From the NCBI GenBank assembly GCA_965203325.1, contig OZ241875.1, forward strand, positions 2,784,001 to 2,848,000: a stretch of DNA of 64,000 nt, read 5' to 3'. Position 1 is the stretch's first letter, and the number at the start of each line of letters is the position of its first letter. Below, in pieces: positions 1 to 9,499 of the stretch. The position numbers were made by a program, and so were the translations under genes. The notes beneath the pieces were generated by a model that saw nothing but the letters and a program-made list of their open reading frames with translations, was not told the origin of the DNA and searched no databases. This stretch comes from a bacterium (GTDB taxonomy: Bacteria > UBA8248).

Positions 1-447
1 AATGCCGATCAGCTGTTAGTGAAAAAAGAGGGTTTTACGCTCAACCGGATTCATGTCGAACCGGATGAGAGCTTTTCCATAGGCGCCGGTATATGGGATG
101 TGGGACAGACCACCCCGATTCATGATCACGGCACCTGGGGAGTGATAGGCATTTACCGAGGAATGGAAAACGAAGAGAGTTTCTTGCGTGAAGGTCCCCG
201 CGAGAGCGGCGCTCGCGTAAAACTCACGCCCCTAGGCGAACGCCTGGCCGGACCCGGAGATGTCTTCGTCTGCTGTACGAAGGATAAAGATGTGCACCGC
301 GTAAGCTGTGCTTCGACGGAGCCTGTGGTGGGCATTCATGTCTATGGTGATGATCTCGCCAAGTTAACGCGCTATAAATATGAGGAATCAACCGGCGAGG
401 TGAAATTGTTTGTCACGGGATGGGATTATGCAAAAACATCGGCTTGA
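1..447 (+). CDS. Cysteine/thiol dioxygenase-family cupin, probably 5'-partial
   Basis: TPIHDHGTWG, DVHRVS and IHVYG motifs (3-His cupin); the frame is open back to position 1. Confidence 0.75.
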   Translation, partial: NADQLLVKKEGFTLNRIHVEPDESFSIGAGIWDVGQTTPIHDHGTWGVIGIYRGMENEESFLREGPRESGARVKLTPLGERLAGPGDVFVCCTKDKDVHRVSCASTEPVVGIHVYGDDLAKLTRYKYEESTGEVKLFVTGWDYAKTSA

Positions 448-561
448 TTTATAAAAGCCGACTAAATCGATAATTAACGCCGCTCAACACTTTTTCCATC
501 GAAGCAATCACTAGACACCTGCCTACCGAACACCAGCTACGTGATGAAATAAACACGCTTT

Positions 562-1266
562 CTACCAGGGCATGGGTTTTCTGTCCTGGAAGTATCCACC
601 GGTAGGCCCGTCCTTCGGCAACAAGGCGAGCCATACGGGCGTATCTGCTCCTTCGTCTATTGATTTTGAGGCGCCCCGACCGCCCATGTCGGTTCTCACC
701 CACCCTGGATGGCAACAATTCACTAATACGCCAGTTCCTCGGAATTCACTCGCCAGTACTTTCGTCATCGCATTCAATGCGGTTTTGGTAATTCTGTATG
801 CGGGAGAGCCTCCTCCCATGCTGGCGAGAGAACCCATGCCGCTTGAGACGTTCACGATTCTACCGGCTGAACTTTTTTTCAGTAGTGGTGCCAAGGCTTG
901 GCAAATCATCAGAGGGCCATAGAGGTTGGTTTCCATCATTTCGCGGACGACCTCGACTGGAACGTCCAACCCCATCATGCCGGCGTCTTTTCTGATGGCC
1001 GCGTTGTTGATTAATATGTCTAGTTTTCCAAATTCTTTGGCCAAAAAGCTGGCCAGAGAATTGATGCTATTCTCGTCGGTGACATCCAGGGGATGGAATA
1101 TGATTTCCAGCCCCTCTTGTTTTAGCTGCTTTTTAGCGACTTCACCCTTGGAAACGTCTCGCGCCGTGAGGATGGTTCGAATTCCTTGGCTTGCAAGCGA
1201 TCGGCAGATCCCGAAGCCAATGCCTTTGTTCCCGCCCGTTACGACGGCGATTTTCTCATCTGGCAA
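562..1266 (-). CDS. Short-chain dehydrogenase/reductase (carbonyl reductase-like)
   Basis: TGGNKGIG, NNAA, YRITK, HPGWVRTDMGG. Confidence 0.9.
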   Translation of the reverse strand: MPDEKIAVVTGGNKGIGFGICRSLASQGIRTILTARDVSKGEVAKKQLKQEGLEIIFHPLDVTDENSINSLASFLAKEFGKLDILINNAAIRKDAGMMGLDVPVEVVREMMETNLYGPLMICQALAPLLKKSSAGRIVNVSSGMGSLASMGGGSPAYRITKTALNAMTKVLASEFRGTGVLVNCCHPGWVRTDMGGRGASKSIDEGADTPVWLALLPKDGPTGGYFQDRKPMPW

Positions 1267-1435
1267 CTTTCATCTCCTTTTTCTGTGTGCCTCGCTGGAT
1301 AATTTTCACTGAATTCATGTGTTTCACCAGCACGATCAGGAATGATTCTGGAATCAATTCGGCACCCTGTTATATCATAGAGGGGAATCATCTCTCGCTC
1401 AGGGTGTTTCCAAGCATATACATTGGAAGAAACAA

Positions 1436-2140
1436 TTGAATTTAACTCATCTGATCCTGTTCGACGTGGATGGAACGCTGCTTTTGAGCGGAGGAGCAGG
1501 GGCGAGAGCGTTGAATATCGCTTTTGAGCGTATATACGGGATTCCAAACGCTATGCGTCATGTTCATCCGCACGGCAAGACGGATGAACTCATTGTTCAA
1601 GAGATGTTTCGTTCTCATCTTGAGCGTTGCGGGAGCGAGCCTGAGGTAAAGGCTCTATTGGAGAGATATTTGGAAATCCTGCCCATCACGGTTAGGGATT
1701 CTAAGAATTTTCATCTGATGCCGGGAATCCCAGGTTTGCTTTCGTATCTCAGGAGCCGAAAGGACGTGTTCATGGGATTGGGAACGGGCAATATCGAAGA
1801 GGGTGCGCGGATCAAACTCTCGCGTGGCGGGCTGAACCGGTTTTTCTCATTCGGAGGTTTCGGGTCTGATTCTGGAGACAGGACGGAGTTGCTGGAAGCA
1901 GGATTTCAGCGGGGCGAGGAAATCATTCAAAAGGAATACACGCGCAAATCCATCGTTCGATGGGTGATAGGTGATACATGGCGTGACGTAGCAGCGGGTC
2001 GCGCGTGCGGAGCAAAGACGATAGCCGTGGCTACAGGAGGGGATTCGCTTTACGAGTTGGCGAGTGCTTCTCCGGATTTTCTTTTCGCCACATTGCAGGA
2101 TACGAAGAGGTTTTGCGGGATCTTGGATACAGGCGAATAA
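1436..2140 (+). CDS. HAD-superfamily hydrolase/phosphatase
   Basis: FDVDGTL motif I, TGN motif II, IGDTWRD motif IV. Confidence 0.88.
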   Translation: MNLTHLILFDVDGTLLLSGGAGARALNIAFERIYGIPNAMRHVHPHGKTDELIVQEMFRSHLERCGSEPEVKALLERYLEILPITVRDSKNFHLMPGIPGLLSYLRSRKDVFMGLGTGNIEEGARIKLSRGGLNRFFSFGGFGSDSGDRTELLEAGFQRGEEIIQKEYTRKSIVRWVIGDTWRDVAAGRACGAKTIAVATGGDSLYELASASPDFLFATLQDTKRFCGILDTGE

Positions 2141-2143
2141 GGG

Positions 2144-2827
2144 ATGAGTGAATCTTTGTATCCGCTTACTCCGAGGGAAATCGCGCATGTCTACCGGCAA
2201 ATCCCCGTGTGGACCATAGGGGAGCTCGCCGATTTATCCGAAGCGCAGTTGGATAGAACGGGGACGGAAGAATGGGCGCGTTGGTCTCCGAGAAGGCAGC
2301 TCAGTCATATGGCCTACATTACGACAAGATGGTTCATGGTTCTCTACGGCGCCACTCGCCTGCCCTGGCCGGTTGTGGATATGAGTCAGTTCGGCACTTT
2401 CATCAATACACGAGATGATGACCGTCGATTTTCTTCTAAGCGGTATGCGGATCCAAAATGGCTTCATTTACGTTTTTCCGAAGCATGCGAAGCTGCAGCG
2501 ACAGAAGTTGAAAAGTGGGAGCAAGAGAACTCGACCAAGAACGGGCTTTTGTTTGTTTTTACAGACACCTCGGTTGTGGGCGTGAGTCAGGAGCGCTCGG
2601 TAGATTTATGGAATCGTTGCATGAAGTGCCACCCAGATGGATTTACGGTTGACCCTGAACACGAGCACGGGTTTCGAATTACACCTTTAGCGACATTGCG
2701 CCATGTGCTTTGGGACGATTTGATTCACTTGCGCTCCATCAGGCTTCATCGCAAAGCCTTGGGTTTGTCTCCCGTTTATCCTGATGCCCCTGTCGGCGGC
2801 TACGCTTCGGCCTATCCGGTTTCTTGA
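2144..2827 (+). CDS. DinB/YfiT-like protein (paralog of 4380..5051)
   Basis: WSPRRQLSH and LRHVLWDDLIH motifs shared with 4380..5051. Confidence 0.6.
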   Translation: MSESLYPLTPREIAHVYRQIPVWTIGELADLSEAQLDRTGTEEWARWSPRRQLSHMAYITTRWFMVLYGATRLPWPVVDMSQFGTFINTRDDDRRFSSKRYADPKWLHLRFSEACEAAATEVEKWEQENSTKNGLLFVFTDTSVVGVSQERSVDLWNRCMKCHPDGFTVDPEHEHGFRITPLATLRHVLWDDLIHLRSIRLHRKALGLSPVYPDAPVGGYASAYPVS

Positions 2828-3330
2828 TGAAAATTGCTGGTTCACCTCGGGCAAATTTCCTTTTTTGGTTGTTGTTCATCTCATTTGCATCAATCGCAGG
2901 CTTACTTTTGTTCTTTTCGAAACCACTATTTCTTTCCAAAGCAGGCGTCAAAGCGTCCTTGGCAGCAGAAGCAAAGAAGTTGAGAGGAATGCCTCCAGAG
3001 GCCATAACAAAAAACGTAGGTCATATTCTCAAGAAATACCTGGATTCTTCAAAGCATACCAGTCGTGCCGATGTTCGCGTCTCCGAGATAGCCCCTGAGA
3101 GATTGTCTGTTGACATTCTGTTGCCATGGGCGGAGGTGAGCGCAAAAAAAAGAAGACAAAGAGCAGAGTTGGTCTGCCGTTTGGGCGGCGGCATGCTTGA
3201 GAATGCGGGAGCAAAAGATACAATTTTTTCGGTTAATATCCTTCGCATGACGAGAGACGCGACTGCCAGCGAGCGTGCAGGTGCGATGGTGTATTCTCCA
3301 AAAGATAAAAAATGTACTTGGAAAGAATAG
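2827..3330 (+). CDS. Hypothetical protein with N-terminal membrane anchor
   Basis: Hydrophobic FLFWLLFISFASIAGLLLFF; start overlaps the upstream stop (TGATG). Confidence 0.6.
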   Translation: MKIAGSPRANFLFWLLFISFASIAGLLLFFSKPLFLSKAGVKASLAAEAKKLRGMPPEAITKNVGHILKKYLDSSKHTSRADVRVSEIAPERLSVDILLPWAEVSAKKRRQRAELVCRLGGGMLENAGAKDTIFSVNILRMTRDATASERAGAMVYSPKDKKCTWKE

Positions 3331-3462
3331 TTAATTCGGAAAGCCAGTCACATCTGAAGCCAAATACATCAAATGCCGACGGCTTTTCTCTGAAAAGCCC
3401 CATTTCTGCTAGACTCTGTTTATTTTGGTTATTTCATTTTTCGGGCGAGAGGAGGTGTTCAC

Positions 3463-4362
3463 ATGTCCCTTACAACCGTTGCCATCATCAGCCCGGGAGA
3501 TATGGGACATGCTGTGGGGCGAATGCTGGGTTTGCATGGGCTTGAGGTAATAACTTGTCTTGCAAACAGAAGCGAGCGGACGAAGCAATTGGCCGCGAAA
3601 GGGGGTATTCGGGATTATCCGACAAAGGCTGAAATGCTGGAGCGCGCGGATATTGTTTTGTCCATCGTGCCTCCGGGTTTAGCCGCTCAGGCGGCGGACG
3701 AAGTGGCGGAATCTATGTCGAACTCTGGTTTTTGTCCCCCGTATGCGGACTGCAATGCTGTATCACCCGAAACGGCAAAAGCAATGGCAAAGAGGATTTC
3801 AGATGCCGGAGCGGATTTCATCGATGGGGGGATACTGGGTCCCCCGCCGAATGAGACACGGAACAACACAAGGTTTTACTTCAGCGGTGCGCAGGCGGGA
3901 TTGCTCTCGGAATTGGACGGAAAAGGAATCATCGTTCGTCAGCTTGGGCCAGAGATTGGCCACGCTTCTGGAATCAAGATGTGTTACGCCGCTCTTACGA
4001 AAGGAACCCATGCTCTTCAAACCGCGGTCATTACTCTGGCAGAGGCGCTTGGTCTCTCCGAGGAAGTGAATCGTGAGTTTCAAACAAGCCAGGACGCTTC
4101 TTATAAACAAATAACCTCGAGTGCCCCCCGTCTTCCCGTCGTGGCGTGGCGGTATATCGACGAGATGAAACAAATCGCACAGACCTTTGAGGCCGCCGGC
4201 GTCACTCCGAAGTTTCATGAAGGAGCTGCGGCCGTCTATTCCCATCTCGCGACAACGCCTTTAGCGGAGCAAACCGTAGAGACGATTGACAAGAGCTTAT
4301 CTCCACAGCAAGCGGCGGCGGTGTATGCTGAACACTTGCCGATGAAAATGGACGACATTTGA
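3463..4362 (+). CDS. NAD(P)-dependent oxidoreductase, 6PGD/HIBADH-like (DUF1932-type C-terminus)
   Basis: SPGDMGHAVG, DCNAVSP, DGGILGPPP, IKMCYAALTKG; GGAGG RBS. Confidence 0.85.
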   Translation: MSLTTVAIISPGDMGHAVGRMLGLHGLEVITCLANRSERTKQLAAKGGIRDYPTKAEMLERADIVLSIVPPGLAAQAADEVAESMSNSGFCPPYADCNAVSPETAKAMAKRISDAGADFIDGGILGPPPNETRNNTRFYFSGAQAGLLSELDGKGIIVRQLGPEIGHASGIKMCYAALTKGTHALQTAVITLAEALGLSEEVNREFQTSQDASYKQITSSAPRLPVVAWRYIDEMKQIAQTFEAAGVTPKFHEGAAAVYSHLATTPLAEQTVETIDKSLSPQQAAAVYAEHLPMKMDDI

Positions 4363-4379
4363 TTTTTTGAGGGAGCGAT

Positions 4380-5051
4380 ATGCCAGAAGACCTATCCACT
4401 CCAGGGTTGGACGTTTTCCCGGAATATAGAAATTTAGCGGATTTGTTTCGGGAAGAAACGAAAGGGCTTCCTCAGGAATTATGGGAATGGAAGCTGCCAG
4501 AGAAGAGTTGGGGAGCTTGGTCCATCAAAGAACAAATCAGCCATACGGCATGGATACCGTATCTTTTTTTCCTGGAATTTTGGCCGCCCGTTTTGTATCC
4601 GGATTCTTTGCCGCGAGATAAGTCTCTGGCGGATCAAGGTGGGGCAGACAGAATGTTGGATCCACTGCGGTTTCCAGATGTGTCCGATGTTCTGGCAGCG
4701 CTTGATGACGCGTGCGTTTTGTGTCGGGAGGTTTTATCAAAGGAAACGCTAGCCACGTTAAGGAATAAAGAATTGCCCAGAAAGTACTCTCCGGACAGAA
4801 CTTGGGCGAACGGTGAGCGAGTAATTGATTATTTTCTAAATCTCGTTTTGCCTGCTCACGAGAGGGGTTTTCGCAAAGACGAGAACGATCCTTTTCTTTA
4901 TTACCAGACGCTCGAGTGCACGTTCCGCCACATATTGTGGGAATCGAATGTGCACCTGATTACCATTCAGGAATTTAAGCGAATCAAAGGCTTGCCAATT
5001 CATTCGACTGTCCCGAGAGACGGGTATGCTGCAATGCTCACCTGGGAATAA
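4380..5051 (+). CDS. DinB/YfiT-like protein
   Basis: WSIKEQISH and FRHILWESNVH motifs; GGGAG RBS. Confidence 0.6.
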   Translation: MPEDLSTPGLDVFPEYRNLADLFREETKGLPQELWEWKLPEKSWGAWSIKEQISHTAWIPYLFFLEFWPPVLYPDSLPRDKSLADQGGADRMLDPLRFPDVSDVLAALDDACVLCREVLSKETLATLRNKELPRKYSPDRTWANGERVIDYFLNLVLPAHERGFRKDENDPFLYYQTLECTFRHILWESNVHLITIQEFKRIKGLPIHSTVPRDGYAAMLTWE

Positions 5052-5129
5052 ATGCGCTTATGCCTTGGGATTTATTCGTTTTGTGATCCTGAATTCTGAA
5101 TCTTTCTTTATCTGAAAAGGAGGGCATTC

Positions 5130-6995
5130 ATGACAACCCCTCAACGGGGGATTGGTGCGCTGCGAGAATATTTTTACGGTGAAGATATTGGGCAGGCAGA
5201 GATTGAGCCTGAAGGCCCAATCGTAGCGGGCAGGATGGGGAAATGGCGCGTTACCTACGAAGTTGGCCCGCGTGGAATCAGTCAAGGCGGGGGTCTTCGC
5301 TTCACGCCGCCTAACGGGTTCACTACGCCCCAATTTGAAGATATGACGGCTCCGGGATATTGCACGTTCCGATGTTCGAATGAAGATGTTTCTTTGGTTC
5401 CCTTATTGATTGAGCCCGTACTCGGCTATACTTTCCTGCCTGCCAGCCTTGATTTGAAGGTTCAAAACGCTTCTTTGGCGCAAGGGGATTTCATAGAAAT
5501 CGAGTACGGCTGGACGCCATCCGGCGTTCCCGGTGTGCAAGCGCAGTTTTTGGCCATGCCTGTGGAGTTTACCTTGTCCGTAGATACTGAAGGTAAGGAT
5601 GATTGGGAGCTTCTTCCGGATCCCCTAACCTTTGATGTGCTCCCGGAGGAGCCATCTTTCCTTTGGGTGACGGCGCCGGCGCAGGTAGTCACTGGACAAA
5701 CTTTTTCCGTTCGGGCTGTGGCGCGCGATTGTTTTCATAATGTAGCGACAACAGCATCATTCATTCCAAATCTTGAATTACCTGATGAAAGTACGGTCTC
5801 TTTTCGCCAGGAGTCGCCCGGAATTTTTGTTTGTGAAAATGTCGTGTTGGGAGCGCCTGAAGTTCATCGGTTAAAGGTTTTGGCTGATGGATTGTCGACA
5901 GCTCATACACCACCGATTCAGATATTGGACGAAGTCCCGAAGCGCACACTTCTTTTTGGAGACCCGCACTGCATGAGCGGGTTGTGCGTGGGCGAGTATC
6001 CGAGGCCATCGACTGCGTGTGAAATCGTGGAATATGTCCACAGCTATGCCCGAGATTGCGCAGGGGTGGATTTCGCCGCCTGCACCTCCTTGGCCATGCG
6101 AATGGATGAGGCGCAATGGGAAGAAGTTGCTGATGTGGCGAATCGTTTTTCTGAAGCGGGAAGATACATTGCCCTTCCTGCGTATGAATGGTTTGGCATG
6201 CTTGAGCAAGATGGGAATAAAAATGTCTATTTTCTGGACTGTGAAGACATCCCGAAACTGGATTCCCGCAGCCCTGATTCAAATGATCCGAAAAAATTAT
6301 GGGAACAACTCGAGAAGTTTGAAGGTCGCGTGATGACGATTCCCCATCATTCGGTAAGTGCTGTGATTGGCACGCGCTGGCGGTGGCACGACCCGAGGTT
6401 TCAGCGCCTCGTTGAAATATATTCTTGTTGGGGGAACTCCGAAGCCAGTCATTGCGATAGACCTTTGGTCAACCCGGCGCGCTATGAAGGACAAAGTGTG
6501 CAGGATGCGCTTGAGAAAGGATATCGTTTGGGCATTATCGCCGGCTCGGATACGCATACGTCTCAACCTGGATTTTCGAATCGGTTGCGGCTCAAGAATG
6601 CCTGGAGAGGCGGCTTGGCCTGTGTATGGGCGAAGACCTTCGATCGGGAAGGGATATTCAAGGCCCTTTGGGAACGGCGTTGCTATGGCACGACAGGAGC
6701 GCGCATTATTCTTGATTTTTCCTTGAACGACGCCCCGATGGGTTCAGAGATCAGGTTAAATGAATCGGCTGGAAGAAAGCTCAAGGTTCAGGCAGAAGCC
6801 TGCTCGCTTGTTCATAAGGTCGTCATCATCAAAAATGCGAGAGAAATTCATATGGATGAACCAGGGCGGGAGTCAGTTTCTTTTGAGTGGCTCGATTCGA
6901 GCGGCAGGGAACGAGAATCAGATTATTATTATGTCCGCCTGATACAGGACGATGGAGAAATGGCCTGGTCGAGTCCCATTTGGGTGGATTCCTAA
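5130..6995 (+). CDS. DUF3604/PHP-like metallohydrolase
   Basis: FGDPH, YEW, IPHH, EIYSCWG, GSDTH, RRCYGTTG, AWSSPIW; AGGAGG RBS. Confidence 0.75.
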   Translation: MTTPQRGIGALREYFYGEDIGQAEIEPEGPIVAGRMGKWRVTYEVGPRGISQGGGLRFTPPNGFTTPQFEDMTAPGYCTFRCSNEDVSLVPLLIEPVLGYTFLPASLDLKVQNASLAQGDFIEIEYGWTPSGVPGVQAQFLAMPVEFTLSVDTEGKDDWELLPDPLTFDVLPEEPSFLWVTAPAQVVTGQTFSVRAVARDCFHNVATTASFIPNLELPDESTVSFRQESPGIFVCENVVLGAPEVHRLKVLADGLSTAHTPPIQILDEVPKRTLLFGDPHCMSGLCVGEYPRPSTACEIVEYVHSYARDCAGVDFAACTSLAMRMDEAQWEEVADVANRFSEAGRYIALPAYEWFGMLEQDGNKNVYFLDCEDIPKLDSRSPDSNDPKKLWEQLEKFEGRVMTIPHHSVSAVIGTRWRWHDPRFQRLVEIYSCWGNSEASHCDRPLVNPARYEGQSVQDALEKGYRLGIIAGSDTHTSQPGFSNRLRLKNAWRGGLACVWAKTFDREGIFKALWERRCYGTTGARIILDFSLNDAPMGSEIRLNESAGRKLKVQAEACSLVHKVVIIKNAREIHMDEPGRESVSFEWLDSSGRERESDYYYVRLIQDDGEMAWSSPIWVDS

Positions 6996-7004
6996 GGAGC
7001 GGTT

Positions 7005-7092
7005 GTGGCGCATGTAACGGCGGATGCCGTCGTCATAGGTGGTGGTGTGAAGGGAAGTTCCATCAGCCTATCAGTTGGCGAAACGAGGATGA
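7005..7092 (+). pseudogene. Remnant of an FAD-dependent oxidoreductase (DAO/sarcosine-oxidase-like N-terminus)
   Basis: AAGGAG RBS, then GTG and MAHVTADAVVIGGGVKGSSI; a +1 frameshift gives AYQLAKRG, then TGA. Confidence 0.7.
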
Positions 7093-7144
7093 TGAATGGG
7101 ATTTGATGCAAAGTGTTTTCGGAACAGGATTTCAGGGCTGAAAA

Positions 7145-7924
7145 CTAGGACTTGGGCCTAGGGTACACTTCAATTAGAGGAAATATTTTTTCAGCATTTT
7201 CTTTTAAGCCAAAGAATACAGGCCCTTCGGCTTTTTCGCCATTCGCGAGGTTCTGAAGATCGAGAGAATGGCCATCTGGATGATATGCGCCTCCCCTCAC
7301 CTCCTGCAATACGGCAAGAGGACCCAGGATATCCCAAATTTGGGGCCTATCGACCAAAGCGGCGATGACGCCCCCGGTAGCCGCATACGCTACATGTGCG
7401 GAAGCGCTTCCATAAGCGACGGATTTTCCTGGATAATCCAGCTTGTAAAAACGTTTTCGAGACGAAGGACCGAGCATGACGGTTTGATTGGTGATTTCCA
7501 TATCCTTCAGATTTGGAAGTATCTTTCCGTTTCTTGTGGCGCCTTCTCCTGCGAGGGCAAGAAACATTTCATCTACGATGGGCATGTAGAATCCTCCGGC
7601 GATGGGTTTCCCGTTTTCCATGACACCGATGGATACGCCCCAGGTGGGCAGACCGTTCAGAAATGGATTGGTGCCATCAATAGGGTCAACCGCCCAAAGA
7701 CGATGGTTCTTCGGGTATTGCATTTCCCCGCTTCCAAGTTCTTCTCCAATCACATTGTCATTCGGGTATGATATTTTCAGACAGGAGAGGATGAATCTTT
7801 CTACTTCAAAGTCGGCCTCGCTCACCAGGCTCCTATCTTGTTTTTGAATGCCTTTGGCATTGTTTGTGAACGACAATGCCAGTTCGCCCGCATCTATGAG
7901 GGTTTTTTTAATAAATTCAATCAT
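7145..7924 (-). CDS. Inositol monophosphatase family protein
   Basis: IGEE, WAVDPIDGT, IWD motifs. Confidence 0.88.
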   Translation of the reverse strand: MIEFIKKTLIDAGELALSFTNNAKGIQKQDRSLVSEADFEVERFILSCLKISYPNDNVIGEELGSGEMQYPKNHRLWAVDPIDGTNPFLNGLPTWGVSIGVMENGKPIAGGFYMPIVDEMFLALAGEGATRNGKILPNLKDMEITNQTVMLGPSSRKRFYKLDYPGKSVAYGSASAHVAYAATGGVIAALVDRPQIWDILGPLAVLQEVRGGAYHPDGHSLDLQNLANGEKAEGPVFFGLKENAEKIFPLIEVYPRPKS

Positions 7925-8077
7925 GGAAACACCAAACCCTCCGCCTGTATTGAACTTGAAACCATCGCTTTGGGGAGCAACCTATCTTGTGGAGTGGAAA
8001 CTTTCCAGCCCACCTGAGAGATCTCGCCAATCTGTAAACACGGCACCCATTTTGTTTTTTTAGGATAATATTTGCGC

Positions 8078-9499
8078 ATGGTTCGCTTTCGGTCGAAGAC
8101 AAAAAAGTATGATTACACCAGCGGCCCAATCGGGCGAGGCCTGGTTGTTTTGTCTCTGCCGATTTTCGCAGAACTCATGTCTTGGAACATCGATACCATT
8201 GTTGAAATTTACTGGGTGGGCCACTTGGGAGCAGATGCTCTCGGAGCGATGTCTCTGGGATTTATCATCCCCATGATGGTGAGAGCGGTGGGCATGGGAG
8301 TTAGGGTAGCGGGACAAGCTCTGGTTGCACAAAGAGTTGGCGCGAATGACGTAGAGGGAGCCGCTCTTATTGCTGGCCAGTGTATTTTTCTTCAAACGCT
8401 TTTCTTCATTCCCTTATGCGTAGCAGGGTATGCGTATTCACCTGATTTAGTGGGATGGATGACGTCTGATTCGAGACTTTTGTATTTATCGACGATTTAT
8501 CTCCGATCCGGTTTTGTAATGCTTTTGTTCATTGACGGGATATTCACACTTGCAAATATATTCCGGGGCGCCGGAGAGCCAAAGTATTCTCTTTTCGGCA
8601 TGATTGTGAATTCAGTCGTTACTTTCATTGCTATGCCAGCTCTTATCTTCGGTTTCGGACCGATTCCTTCATTGCACTTGGCCGGCGCGAATTACGGTTT
8701 AGGAGTGGGCAGACTGGCGGGTTGCATCGTGATGATAATCTTTCTCTTCAAGGGAAATGCCAGAATACACTTGAGATGGCGTCATCTTGTTCCACAATCT
8801 CTTGAGATGAAACGCATATTAATACTGGGTTGGCCTGCTTGGGGACAAATGTTTTTTGAAAGAGGCGCTAATTTGGTATTGGTCTGGATGCTTGCTCCTT
8901 TTGGCTCACTGGCCCTTGCGGCATGGGGTCTTGGTAGTCGTGTCAACAATATGGGGAGAATGCCCGGGTTTTCTCTTCAGGGAGCAGTGCGGACTATGGT
9001 GGGACAAAACATTGGCGCAAGAAAGCCTGAGCGGGTCATCCGCAGTGCTTGGGTGACGGTTGGGGCGGTCGTTTCCATCATGGTTGTCGTTGTTACAGGC
9101 TTTAGTGTTTGGGCCGAAGAAGTCGTGTCTTTTTTTGGAGTGAAAGGTGCCGCGTTACCCCACGCGGTACTTTGTCTGCAAATATTGTGTGTAGGCCTTG
9201 GTTTTGAGGCTACGAGACGTGTAATAGCGGGAATATTCGAAGGCGCCTCATCCACCAGACCTCCAATGATCGTTGAAGCAATCGTTCGCTGGATCGTGCA
9301 GTTGCCGGGCGCTTATATATTGGCGGTTTGGTTGGGATTGCAGGAGTTGGGCATTTGGTGGGCGGTAGCGTCGAGTCAGCTCATCGGTGGCTTGGCGTTG
9401 TTCTTGTGGTTTGCGATTGGTTGGCGGCGGCGTATGGAAAGTATGGCAACAAAGGCCAAGGCATCTGCACGGTCAAATTTTGAGTTTCATTCCTCATGA
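8078..9499 (+). CDS. MATE-family efflux transporter
   Basis: About 12 hydrophobic segments, FRGAGE, VGQNIGA; start uncertain (8072 or 8078). Confidence 0.88.
   Translation: MVRFRSKTKKYDYTSGPIGRGLVVLSLPIFAELMSWNIDTIVEIYWVGHLGADALGAMSLGFIIPMMVRAVGMGVRVAGQALVAQRVGANDVEGAALIAGQCIFLQTLFFIPLCVAGYAYSPDLVGWMTSDSRLLYLSTIYLRSGFVMLLFIDGIFTLANIFRGAGEPKYSLFGMIVNSVVTFIAMPALIFGFGPIPSLHLAGANYGLGVGRLAGCIVMIIFLFKGNARIHLRWRHLVPQSLEMKRILILGWPAWGQMFFERGANLVLVWMLAPFGSLALAAWGLGSRVNNMGRMPGFSLQGAVRTMVGQNIGARKPERVIRSAWVTVGAVVSIMVVVVTGFSVWAEEVVSFFGVKGAALPHAVLCLQILCVGLGFEATRRVIAGIFEGASSTRPPMIVEAIVRWIVQLPGAYILAVWLGLQELGIWWAVASSQLIGGLALFLWFAIGWRRRMESMATKAKASARSNFEFHSS

Noticed and set aside
7925..8070. Possible ZTP-like riboswitch on the minus strand (GATTGGCG...GGTGGG...CCAC)
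   Set aside because: The required 3' CGCCTGGG pseudoknot segment is absent and the gene context does not fit.
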